Shown here: positions 45,680-55,173 of the stretch, piece by piece
How the letters are laid out: each line of letters opens with the position of its first letter
Numbering within the stretch: the first letter of the stretch is position 1
From: Pelagomonas calceolata
Taxonomy: Eukaryota
NCBI GenBank assembly: GCA_918797485.1
Contig: CAKKNE010000003.1
Coordinates: 4,092,001-4,156,000 of the forward strand
Reading direction: 5' to 3'
Length of the DNA: 64,000 nucleotides
Notes under the pieces: generated by a model
Database searches by the model: none
Seen by the model: the letters and a program-made list of their open reading frames with translations, nothing else
Told to the model about the DNA's origin: nothing
Position numbers and translations under genes: made by a program

Positions 45680-47458
45680 ATGGCCTCCATGATGCTCCGC
45701 ATGATCGGCCTCGGCCCCAAGAAGGCCAAGAAGAAGAAGAATAGGCGGGCCACGTTAGGGGCTGTTCCTGAATATCAAAAAGAACAGCGCAAGCCCCCAA
45801 CAAAGGACGGTAGGACACCGTTAGGAGCCATTCAAGAACATAGAGAAGTGCCCAAGGCGCGCAAAGTCCGGCGGTCCATGCGGCGCCACTCGCTGGGCGC
45901 CATGCCCCTGTCTCCCGACGAGAAGACGCCGCCGCGCAAGAGGTCTCCAGTAAAAAAACAGGCCCCGCCGAAGTGGGAGCAGTTCGCGCGCGAGAAGGGC
46001 ATCTCGCCGCGGCCGAAAATGTCGCCGCCACCGCCGGGCACGCCGGCCGAGGTGCGGCGGCTGCGGAAGCGCGTCTCCGAGCTCGAGCAGACCATCGCGT
46101 TCCGCGACAAGTCGCTCGACGACATCGAGGCGGAGCTGCTGGCGGCCTACGCTTCCTTGCTCGCCGCGGCCGATTTAGGATTTGAGACGTCGAAGTACGA
46201 AGCTCGCGTCGAGGAGCTCTCTACCGCAGCCACGGAGCACCCCGAGCGGGCGCTGCGCGACCAGGAGCTCCGTCGAGCCTTTGTGGACGAGGAGGTTAGT
46301 GGACCGGCGTCGGAGGCGTTGGCGTTGATCCGGGGGCTCGTGCCGTCCGACTTGTCGAGCGGTGGATCTGTTTCTGTCGAGCGACTCGTGGATGCTGGAT
46401 TACCCGTGAAAGTCGCGCATAGAGTTTCAAGAACGAGAGCTTTATGGTTAACGAGGGTCCATCCGGATGAAATTGCGAAGATGCACGCGTCGGATCTCGT
46501 GAACACGCGAGCTACCGTCACGCTGGATTTGGTCGAAGCGCGGGCGGTGTGGCGCCAGTGCCTGCGGGTGAACTTCGCCGAGAACGACACCGACGGAAGA
46601 AAAAGGGCCTGGTTCGAGGAATTAGAGAGACGGGTGCGAACCTTGGTGTCGAAGGAGGCCGAGGGCGACCTGTCTCCCAAAGACGCCTGCCATCCGGCCT
46701 ACGATAAATTTAGGAGGGAGAGCGGCCCGTTCTCCGACGTGACGTCGCCCGAGAAGGGCTTCGCGCCGACGAAGTCCGGCGCCTACCTGCCGACGCCGCA
46801 GCCCTACTCCGCGAAGCGGACCGTGGTGCGGACGCCGGCGCCTTCCGAAGAATTTCCGCCGTTCAGCGAGACGGCCCAGGCGACGCCCATGTGTCCGCAA
46901 CAGCCCCACGAGGAGGCCGAGGACTTCCCCGCGACGCTCGAGTCGCCGGAAGTCATCAAGGCAGCTGTGGAAGAGGCGGACGTCGAAAACAGGCGGCGGT
47001 CGTCCGTGGGCTCGGCGGCGACGATGGCCTTCGTCGAGGCGACTTTGAGGGAGGACGACGCCATGGCACCGCCGCCGCCGCCCTCGGATACGACAGATAA
47101 CTCGGCGGCGTCGTCGCGCAAGTCGGTCACGTGGCGCCTGCCCGAGAAGCCGGCAAACGACTGGTTCGACGCGGCGGCGAGGAAGGCCGCCCAGGCGCGG
47201 TCGGTGCCGCGGACGCGCATTGCGCCGCCGCCTTCGATAGATGTGGAGTTCGCTGATGACGCGTTGCGACAGTTCGTCGAGACGAACGGCCTGTCGGCGT
47301 ACGCGGCGGCCATCCTCGGCGTGGCCGACTCGCTCGACGACTTGGTCGAGGCGACGGACGAGGACGTCGACGAGCTCGCGGCGGAGACGGGCATGCCGAA
47401 GCTCAAGCAGCGGAAGTTCAAAAGGGCGCTCGCGGGGCTGCGCGGCGATAGCGCCTGA
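45680..47458 (+). CDS. hypothetical protein with coiled coil, helical core and C-terminal SAM-like domain
   Basis: Long ORF; C-terminus F...NGLSAYA..I...DSLDDL......D..EL....GM.KLK.RKF.RAL fits a SAM pattern. Confidence 0.7.
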   Translation: MASMMLRMIGLGPKKAKKKKNRRATLGAVPEYQKEQRKPPTKDGRTPLGAIQEHREVPKARKVRRSMRRHSLGAMPLSPDEKTPPRKRSPVKKQAPPKWEQFAREKGISPRPKMSPPPPGTPAEVRRLRKRVSELEQTIAFRDKSLDDIEAELLAAYASLLAAADLGFETSKYEARVEELSTAATEHPERALRDQELRRAFVDEEVSGPASEALALIRGLVPSDLSSGGSVSVERLVDAGLPVKVAHRVSRTRALWLTRVHPDEIAKMHASDLVNTRATVTLDLVEARAVWRQCLRVNFAENDTDGRKRAWFEELERRVRTLVSKEAEGDLSPKDACHPAYDKFRRESGPFSDVTSPEKGFAPTKSGAYLPTPQPYSAKRTVVRTPAPSEEFPPFSETAQATPMCPQQPHEEAEDFPATLESPEVIKAAVEEADVENRRRSSVGSAATMAFVEATLREDDAMAPPPPPSDTTDNSAASSRKSVTWRLPEKPANDWFDAAARKAAQARSVPRTRIAPPPSIDVEFADDALRQFVETNGLSAYAAAILGVADSLDDLVEATDEDVDELAAETGMPKLKQRKFKRALAGLRGDSA

Positions 47459-47747
47459 AGGTACCCTCCCCAAGAAATAAGTTTCCCACAACACGTAATG
47501 GTTACACACCCTACGTCGCGCCGCGCAGGCCTGCGAGCGCTCGCTTGAACTTCCTTTGCTTGAGCTTCGGCATACCCGTCTCCGCCGCGAGCTCGTCCAC
47601 ATCTTCATCCGTCGCCTCGACCAAGTCGTCGAGCGAGTCGGCCACACCCAAAATGGCCGCCGCGTACGCGCTCAGGCCGTTCTGTTCGACGAACCGCCGC
47701 AATGCGTCGTCGGCGAACTCGATCTGAGGCGGCGGCGCGATGCGCGT
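47213..47747. repeat. inverted duplication (about 230 bp) encoding the same SAM-like domain in two convergent genes
   Basis: 47213-47447 versus 47519-47747, with mostly synonymous differences. Confidence 0.9.
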
Positions 47748-50700
47748 CGTCGTCCAGGCCGTCGGACCGAGCGCGTAGCCGGCCACGAGGGCCGCCAACC
47801 CGGCGAGCACGAGCCCTCCGGGAATCCGAGCGCGGAATTCGGGCGCGGGCGTGGAGGTATCTTCGGGCTCGGGCCGATACCCCCGCCCGTACAGGACCAC
47901 GTAGTTGAGCTCGTCGCGGAACCGCCGGAGGTCCGCGTCGAACACATCCGGTTCATCGAGCACGCGCAAGGCGCGGTCCAGCGGTTCGCGCGACGGCGGC
48001 GGCGGCGGCGTGCTCGCGCCCGCGGCTTCACACGCCTCCTTTTCCGCCCTTTCCGCCGCGAAGAGCTTGTTCAGAATAGCCACCGCTAGCAGGACCGCGT
48101 ACGGCAGCCCATTGAGACGTTTTATGAACGGATGCAACGCGCACGCGACGACCACATCGTGCGGCGCAGTTTTGGGAGGTAGCGGCGTGTAGGGATTCGT
48201 GACGCGGCGCTTGAGCTCGGTACACCTCTGCAGGAGTAAGAGCGCGGTGTCGCCCGGCGCCATTGGCCCCAGGCTGACTGGCTGCTCCGTGACGCCACGC
48301 ACGAGGCCGATGCCCGAGCCCGACGAGCACGTCAGCAGCACTCTTATGTTCGAGCACGCTTCCAGTAGACCCTGCAGTAACAAGCGACAGCGTTCTCTCG
48401 CTCTTTGTTCGTCGCCGGCTGTGACGAGTCGTTCAAAATCGTTCAGGACCACGAGGACCCTCCCGGCGCTTGCCAGGTCCGCCAGCGTGGAGGTGTTGAT
48501 GAACGCCGCCGCCCCTGTCACGTCGTCGAAGAAGCGGTCGTGCGTCGTGGCTTCGACCCAGACCACAGCGTCGAATTTCCGATGATGTCGCACGTAGGCC
48601 GCCGCTTTTGCCGCCAAAGCACTCTTGCCGGAGCCGTAGCGCCCGCCGATCGTTGTGAGACGATGGTTGAGGATGGACTCGAGGCAGACCAACAACTCGG
48701 AATCCCGGCCCACGAAAAACGTCGGCGGCGGCGGCGCGTTGGACGGCACCGGCGGCGGCGTCGTCTCGCGGAACGACCCGGGGATCTCGGAGAAGATGGG
48801 CTCGTCGTGGGGTTGGTCCTCCGGGAGCAGTACGAAGCGTCCGTCCGAAGTCATGTTCTTGCGCGTGTTCTGCGCTGCGGCGCAACCGATGTCGAAGGCT
48901 GTGCGCACCGAATCCATAATCGCCAGAGATCGGTAGAACGCCCGGCAAAATTCTATGCCCGCGCGATCGGAAATCCTACCGTTGTTCTGGTCCTGCGCCA
49001 CGGCGACCACGTGTTCCACGCCCGCGGCCACGAACGCTCGCCCAACATCTTCGCTCTTGCACGAGTTCAACACCACCAATTTGCATGTCCCAGCCGCACA
49101 GGCTGACACACACCTCCGCAGCGCCTTGGCCTCCAAGGCGTGCGCGCCGCCGTGGCCGTCTTCGAACATCATAATCCCTTCTTTGCCGTGGCCGGCAAAA
49201 TGCACCACGCGCGCCCCCAGCGTCACGGCCGATTGGAACGCGTCCACGGTGGCGGTGCGGACCTGGAGCTCGACGTCAACGTTCGCGCAAGCTGCGGCTT
49301 CGCGCAGCGCCTGCCGGAGTTTGTTGGCCTCGCCCTCTAGATCCAATCCGCCGATCTTCCCTAGTGGTATTTCTCGATCTCGTGCGTACACAGTCGAATT
49401 GTTCAACGGCTCGCTCTGCAGCATGACGACGCGGTTCGCCAAAACCGCGCTGCTCGCTTGCCGCTGTGGCGGCAAGCGGCGCGGCACGGGCCCGCCCGCC
49501 AGCAACAACTTCGCGACGCGCTGGAGGACCTCCTGCTCGGTTGGGCTGAAGGCGACGAGGTGCACCCGCTGGAGACCTGGATAAGCCATGTCGCCAATAG
49601 CGCGCACCGCCACTTCGAGCACGTTCTCCAACGACCGCGTCCCTCGACCGATACCCGCCGACAACAGAGTAAACGCGACCGTCTTGCAGTGATTTTCCTG
49701 GGCGCGCCGCATCGCCGCGAGGTAGGCGTCGCGCAGGAGGTCGTCGCCCCCGCGCGTGTTGGCGTCCAGCTTCCGGTAGTCGGGCCCGACGGCGTGGATG
49801 ACGACGGAGCACGCCAGAAACCCAAAGGGCCCGCCCGTGGTGACGACGGCGTCGCCGACCTCGCAGCGCTTGTCGCCGCCGCTGATGATGGGTAAGGCCT
49901 GCCGCTTCTCCGCTAACAACGCTCCTCCGGCTCGAGCGATCGCCCCGTCTGCGCCGCCCCTTTCGAGACAGCTCTTGTTGGCCGCGTTCACGATCGCGTC
50001 GACATCGGCGTCCACGACGCTTCCGGCCGAGACCACCAATTCGCCGTATTTCAGGGCGTGGCGCGCCAGGGGTGCCAGGTTGTCGACCAATCCGCCGTCC
50101 GGCGAGCTCGACCTGACTGTGTTGACCGCGAACTCCTCCGACTCCGTCCGCAGGCGATGTACAGCGAGACGGGCGCTGAAGGCCTCGTCAGGCATGGTCT
50201 GGGCTCCCTCGACGAGGCGCGCCTGGACGGGCGCTTGCACGACGGCCTCGGCCGCGGCCGCGGCGCCTCCACTTAGCATGGCGCAAAAGCCCACGTGCCG
50301 TTCCTTCAGCCGCCCCGCGGTCTCGAGCAGGCCCCGGGGCCAGCCCCGCTCGGAGGCCACGCCCCCCTCGAACTTCCAGACGTACTGGCCGTGCTCGCCT
50401 TCGTCGTCCAGGGACAGGCACAGGCCGCCCCGGCCCCCCGGCCCCCAGCCGGCCCGCCACCCGGCGCACAGGTCGCCGGAGCTGTTCTGGACGCCGACGT
50501 ACTGGCCCGCTTCCAGGTAGAGGGGCGGCGCCACGCGCACCGTCTGCTCCGCGCCGAGCACGTGCGCCACGCGGATGGCCCGCCGGCGCTCCTCGACGAG
50601 GTAGCCCTGCGATTCGCCCATGGCGCCCGCCCGCGTGCTGTACGAGCACACGTCCCAGCCGCTCCCGTCCGCCGGCCCCGCCGGCCGGCCGTGCAGCCGC

Positions 50701-50876
50701 AGCCGGACCTCTCGGACGTAGCCCGCGAACGGCGCCTTGGCTTTGAGGACGACGCGGTGCGCGTCGCGGTACAGCCGCGTCGGCTCGGCCGGCAGCGGCG
50801 CGAGCCCCAGGACGTGCGCGCGCTGGATGGGCGCTGCGCTGGCTTTTACCCCCGGGGAGGCGCATCTATCCGGCAT
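47511..50876 (-). CDS. Macro domain + CHAT (caspase-family) protease + STAND-like P-loop NTPase + TM + SAM-like protein
   Basis: Macro: DAIVNAAN, GGADGAI, VIHAVGP. CHAT: VVHFAGHG, LVVLNSCKS. NTPase: FVGRDSEL, GRYGSGKS, LVVLNDFE, LLTCS, GLPYAV. Confidence 0.85.
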   Translation of the reverse strand: MPDRCASPGVKASAAPIQRAHVLGLAPLPAEPTRLYRDAHRVVLKAKAPFAGYVREVRLRLHGRPAGPADGSGWDVCSYSTRAGAMGESQGYLVEERRRAIRVAHVLGAEQTVRVAPPLYLEAGQYVGVQNSSGDLCAGWRAGWGPGGRGGLCLSLDDEGEHGQYVWKFEGGVASERGWPRGLLETAGRLKERHVGFCAMLSGGAAAAAEAVVQAPVQARLVEGAQTMPDEAFSARLAVHRLRTESEEFAVNTVRSSSPDGGLVDNLAPLARHALKYGELVVSAGSVVDADVDAIVNAANKSCLERGGADGAIARAGGALLAEKRQALPIISGGDKRCEVGDAVVTTGGPFGFLACSVVIHAVGPDYRKLDANTRGGDDLLRDAYLAAMRRAQENHCKTVAFTLLSAGIGRGTRSLENVLEVAVRAIGDMAYPGLQRVHLVAFSPTEQEVLQRVAKLLLAGGPVPRRLPPQRQASSAVLANRVVMLQSEPLNNSTVYARDREIPLGKIGGLDLEGEANKLRQALREAAACANVDVELQVRTATVDAFQSAVTLGARVVHFAGHGKEGIMMFEDGHGGAHALEAKALRRCVSACAAGTCKLVVLNSCKSEDVGRAFVAAGVEHVVAVAQDQNNGRISDRAGIEFCRAFYRSLAIMDSVRTAFDIGCAAAQNTRKNMTSDGRFVLLPEDQPHDEPIFSEIPGSFRETTPPPVPSNAPPPPTFFVGRDSELLVCLESILNHRLTTIGGRYGSGKSALAAKAAAYVRHHRKFDAVVWVEATTHDRFFDDVTGAAAFINTSTLADLASAGRVLVVLNDFERLVTAGDEQRARERCRLLLQGLLEACSNIRVLLTCSSGSGIGLVRGVTEQPVSLGPMAPGDTALLLLQRCTELKRRVTNPYTPLPPKTAPHDVVVACALHPFIKRLNGLPYAVLLAVAILNKLFAAERAEKEACEAAGASTPPPPPSREPLDRALRVLDEPDVFDADLRRFRDELNYVVLYGRGYRPEPEDTSTPAPEFRARIPGGLVLAGLAALVAGYALGPTAWTTTRIAPPPQIEFADDALRRFVEQNGLSAYAAAILGVADSLDDLVEATDEDVDELAAETGMPKLKQRKFKRALAGLRGAT

Positions 50877-51172
50877 GGTCTGCTGTTTGTTTGCGCGCCT
50901 GGTGGCGGTGCTCGGCGCTCGGCTGCCGGGGCAGCTGAGGATTGCTTCGCAGGCACGTCGAGAGTGGTGCGTGCGATAGGCGCAACCAGCTTTTCGCTAG
51001 CCAGGCTGCTGAGCCGCGCTCGGGATACTCGGGCAGCCTCTGTCCCGGGATCTCCGCTCCTCCTAGTAAGTATTGGCTTTAAGGAATTATAGTCGCACGG
51101 AGGAAAAACCCGGCCAAGTTGAACGGAGTGAAGCCTGCCCGGGTCCGTGCGGGTTGAATATAGGTGGTGCTG

Positions 51173-51583
51173 TCATCGGCGCGCGAGCAAGCGCCCGAGC
51201 GCGACGCCGCAGACCAGCGCGGCGAAGACCCTGGTATTCGACGGCGGCGTCCGCTGCGAGCAGGGCGTCGCCCACTCCATCATCGCGCACGTCTGCACCG
51301 CGTGCCGGCGCATCAGGTGCGGCTTCAATAAACCGAACGCGTCCAAGTGATTTCTAGCTTTCGTGTAGCGGCGGTAGTCGTCCTCCGTCGCGAACTCCGC
51401 GACGATGGCGACGTCGTGGGTCATATTCCTTCTGCCAAATTCTGAATCATCCTTGCCGATGCGGTACGACAGGATGTAGGTCTCGGTGACCGGGATCTGG
51501 CCGAGCTTTTTCAGGCCGGGCTCGACGACGCTTTCCGGCGTGCCGGGCTTCCACTGCAGCAGGACGACGTGCGTGAGCGTCAT
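51173..51583 (-). CDS. stress-responsive A/B barrel (Dabb) protein with tail anchor
   Basis: HVVLLQWK, THDVAIVAEF..EDD...Y....H. Confidence 0.8.
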   Translation of the reverse strand: MTLTHVVLLQWKPGTPESVVEPGLKKLGQIPVTETYILSYRIGKDDSEFGRRNMTHDVAIVAEFATEDDYRRYTKARNHLDAFGLLKPHLMRRHAVQTCAMMEWATPCSQRTPPSNTRVFAALVCGVALGRLLARR

Positions 51584-51980
51584 CTTGTGTCTTCGGCGCC
51601 TGACCGCGAGCGCGGCGCTCTAAGATTGAAAGGCAGGGAGAGCACTCTCAAGAGTACTCTGGACCAAAGGCAGCGTCGTCGTGCGGTGCTCGGCTGCCGG
51701 GGCAGCTGCTGATTGCTTCGCAGGCACGATATCTGTCGAGAGTGATGCGTGCGATTGGCGCAGTTCGCTTTCGCTGGCCAAGGCTTGCTCGGGCAGCCTG
51801 TGGATCTAGAATCTCTCCGTGCTAGCGGGCCGCAATGAAAACAATTATGAAAACACCGCTAGCCCCAATAAGCGACTCTCCCTCGGTCTCTCTGAAGTAT
51901 CCGGGCCCATATGGGGGCTACACGGAGGCAGGGGGAAAATGAAGCTTCCTTTGCACACCAGCTTACAAATTTGTGGGGGA

Positions 51981-52463
51981 CTACTTCGCGCCGCGCTTGC
52001 CGAGCGCATAGCCCAGGGCGAGGCCCGCGAGGCCCGCGAGGACCAGCGCGTGCTCGACCTTGACTTCAATAGTTTTGCCCTTGACGCTCACACCGGGACA
52101 CAACGCGCACTGGCAGTCGTCGCCGCACTCGCAGTTCGGCCCGCACGTGCAGGTCCCCAGGGCCACCGCCGGGCACGGCCCCTTGCCGCCACCGCAGGGC
52201 GTCACGACGTAGCCCGCGTCGACCAGTGCTTTGGACATGGCCGTCGCCGCGCATTGGCACGCGTCGCCGCAGGGGCATTTCCCGTCGGGCTTCGGGCAGT
52301 CGCAGCCCGGGAACGCGCCCTGTAACGTTCCGGTGGCCGTGCCCTTTTCCAGAGAGACGTCCGCCCTCGAGACGAACGGCAGCGCTTCCAATGTGGAGGT
52401 GACGCGCTTGACGCAGGCCTGGCAGGTCATTTTCACGTTGAGGGTGACTGATGAGGGCGCCAT
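51981..52463 (-). CDS. heavy-metal-associated (HMA) domain protein with metallothionein-like Cys clusters and tail anchor
   Basis: MTCQAC, ADVSL, AGY; CDC...CPC..CQC and CTC..CEC..CQC..C. Confidence 0.85.
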   Translation of the reverse strand: MAPSSVTLNVKMTCQACVKRVTSTLEALPFVSRADVSLEKGTATGTLQGAFPGCDCPKPDGKCPCGDACQCAATAMSKALVDAGYVVTPCGGGKGPCPAVALGTCTCGPNCECGDDCQCALCPGVSVKGKTIEVKVEHALVLAGLAGLALGYALGKRGAK

Positions 52464-52966
52464 CTTGTCGATGTGTTGTATTTATTCGCAGGAAATCGTG
52501 TTTTTTGCAGGGATGCGGTGAACGGTACGCTGTCAAATTGCGCGTGTGGACAGATAGCAGCAAGGGAGCACTGCTAAATGGTAGCGCACACAACGTTGTC
52601 TGTTTGTACTTGCGTGTATAGGCTAGGCGATTATAACTCCTGGGTTGTGTGGGCTAGCGGCCGGTAAGACACTAGCAAGCAAGATTTGTACGCCTGCTTG
52701 CCCGGAGAGGCTTAAGGCCGTTCCAGGGAGTCCTTTCGGACGGATCGAGAGGCAATTTTGGGTGCAGCGCATCCTCTGCCAAAGTGAGCCCTCTCCCAAA
52801 AAGCGCTTGCACCCAGGCGTTGCAACGTAGCGAGAGAGCAGTTATAAGTCGCCGCGCAGCGCAATCCCCAGCTGTGTTGCAAGAAAACCCTCGTCGCGCG
52901 ACGCTCACAAATCTTTTGACCTGGGCTGTGGTCACAGCCTGTTTAGCGCTGCGCGCACGCGCCACC

Positions 52967-53671
52967 ATGAGTTACGGCGAGACGAACCTCACCTTCGTCG
53001 CGACGCTGACGACGCTCCTCTTCTGCAGTCTTTATATTCACTCGCAAGTGCAAACGAGCCCCGCGGCGCCGATGTACGATTATGATCAACAAAGTGACTG
53101 GCGGCCCGCGCCGCGGCCCGTCACACAACCGCGGCCCTACCAGCGGCCCGCGCCCCAGGTGCACTACCCGAAGCCGACGATGAGGCCGACGGCGGCGCCC
53201 AAGCAAGCTCAAAAGGCGGCGCCCGTGGCCTCGTGCCTCGACGACGCCTCCTGGTACTACGGCATGGACAAGACGAAGAACTGCGTTCATGTGGCGGAAA
53301 AGCCCCAAAAACGGTGCCAGACCTCCGACGGCACGCGGACTGGATTGGAGGCGTGTCCCCAGAGTTGCGGCGTGCCTTGTAGTGTGTCCTACGCGCCTAC
53401 TTCTGTAGCCGAGTTCTCCCATAAACCTTCGATGAGGCCGACGCGCAAGCCCCACGCCTTTATCCGGTACGACGACGACGACGCTGTAGTTGTGGAGGAC
53501 GCTTACACCTTTCCGTGGTGGCGCCTCACGTTCGGGATCGTGGTGCTAGGTGGATTGGCCTGGGTCTTCACGAAGTCGACGCTCGACGGGGCCTACGATA
53601 GGCTGTCGCGGACGGTGCCGCTGCCGGGCGCGGTCTTCGGCTCGTCTTCGTCGGAGTACGAGCGCGTCTAG
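52967..53671 (+). CDS. two-TM protein with small Cys-rich (ShK-like) domain
   Basis: N- and C-terminal hydrophobic helices; CLDD..W...C...RC...ACPQSCG.C. Confidence 0.6.
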   Translation: MSYGETNLTFVATLTTLLFCSLYIHSQVQTSPAAPMYDYDQQSDWRPAPRPVTQPRPYQRPAPQVHYPKPTMRPTAAPKQAQKAAPVASCLDDASWYYGMDKTKNCVHVAEKPQKRCQTSDGTRTGLEACPQSCGVPCSVSYAPTSVAEFSHKPSMRPTRKPHAFIRYDDDDAVVVEDAYTFPWWRLTFGIVVLGGLAWVFTKSTLDGAYDRLSRTVPLPGAVFGSSSSEYERV

Positions 53672-53715
53672 GGTTGCGCCTGTGGATGTGTGACTAACTA
53701 TGTGTCTCAACTTAT

Positions 53716-54900
53716 TCAGTAATTGGCGAAGTCGTCGTAGTATTCGTCGGAGTAATGCGTCCGATAGATGTCATGCGCCGTTCGCTTGATGCCCGCCAAA
53801 GTCCTCTTCTCAGACGCAAGCCGGTCGACGCGTCCCTTGAGAGATGCCATGCGCTTTAGCAGCGCACGAGACCAGGCCGAGGAGACGCGGCGGAGGCATA
53901 ACGCAGCGGCGAGGCGCGCCCTGGAACTCGCGAGGCCGAACGTTATACTTTCATATATGGAGTCAAACTCGGCTCCCATGTCGTTCATCTCCTCGAAGCT
54001 GGGCACCGCCTCGTCGCTGATGTCTGGATACGAGGAGACCGGTGACGAGTCCCAGTCAGCGCGGAATTGCCCCGACGCCGCCAGGCTCTCGTCCGCCTCG
54101 CGGTCGGCGGCAGGCGCCGCGGCGAGGAAGTCGCAGACGTGTCGCAGAATCTCGTCGGGTAGCCCCGGCATCCGCTCCATCGGCGAGCGCCCGCCGACGT
54201 AAATTGCTTTGCCCGACCACCACGCCGCGTTCCGGACCGCGCCCGCGGGCGTAAGTTTCCGGCGCAGCGCGTCGCGCGCCCCACGCAGGGCGGCAAATAA
54301 TTTGTCGACCGTTCCTTTATCCGAGCCGCGTAGAGCCTCGTAGCGCGAGTGCCCCGGGCTAGACGCCTGTGTGGAAATCAACCATTGAGTTAGGTTTGGA
54401 TCTTCGTGAGCCTCCACGCCATCGAGCCGACGCGGCCACGGTGATAACGTCGCGTCGATGGCGTGGCATCGCCACGCCGTCGAGCAGACGCAGCTACGGA
54501 AGCACGTCGCGCCGATGGCATGGGGCGCCCGAAATTTGATTTCCACTCAGCTACGCGCGCCGCGCCCCTTCTTGGGTTTGCAGTACAATTCGGGCTGCTC
54601 GCCGGGTCCGTCCATCGGCGGCTCAGCGTCGACGACGCGCACCAGTAGCTCCACGGACGCGTTCAGCCACTGGTCGGGCCGCAAAAGCTCCAACGTACAG
54701 ATCACTCGCCGCGCGGCGTCCTCGGCGATGCCGTGGTGCCGGAGCCAGGGCCGGAGCGGATAGAGATCGCGCGAAGGGTAGTGCAGTAACCTCGGCGGTT
54801 TGAGTGGTAGTTTCGAGGCGACGAGGACCTCCGCGCCGGCGAGCGGTGTCCGCTGGCCGTCGGTGGCCGGCCAGCCGCCGTATAGGGCGCGCGCCGCCAT
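53716..54900 (-). CDS. hypothetical protein with F-box-like motif, 1 GC-AG intron
   Basis: LPDEILRHVCDFL. Removing 54367-54558 joins two same-frame ORFs (GRG|ASS). Confidence 0.65.
54367..54550 (+). mobile_element. introner of the same TIR family
   Basis: CTGTGTGGAAATCAA ... TTGATTTCCACTCAG; TSD CTAGACGC / CTACGCGC. Confidence 0.85.
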
Positions 54901-55173
54901 TTATATATGCTCACTTGAGAGAGTACTTAAGCGGTCACGAACGCTAGACTCGCTTGAGGCCTTTGACTAATGGTCTCTCCAAGCCAAATGCTTGTAGACG
55001 TAGTAACGCCGTTGGTCGCAAGGATGGAGCGGACGAGCGAAAGTTCACGTCAAGCGACGTCCGCCGACGCGTAAATCGAGCCACTTGCGCTACCAAGTTA
55101 GGGGGGGGAACCCGATTTGCCAGGGCCACCACGCCGCCGCGGCAAGCCTCACAAACGCCCAAACCAACGCAAA

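Noticed and set aside
46622..47647. 341-aa antisense ORF across the inverted duplication
   Set aside because: Shadow of the plus-strand gene and an alternative frame of the SAM-like repeat.
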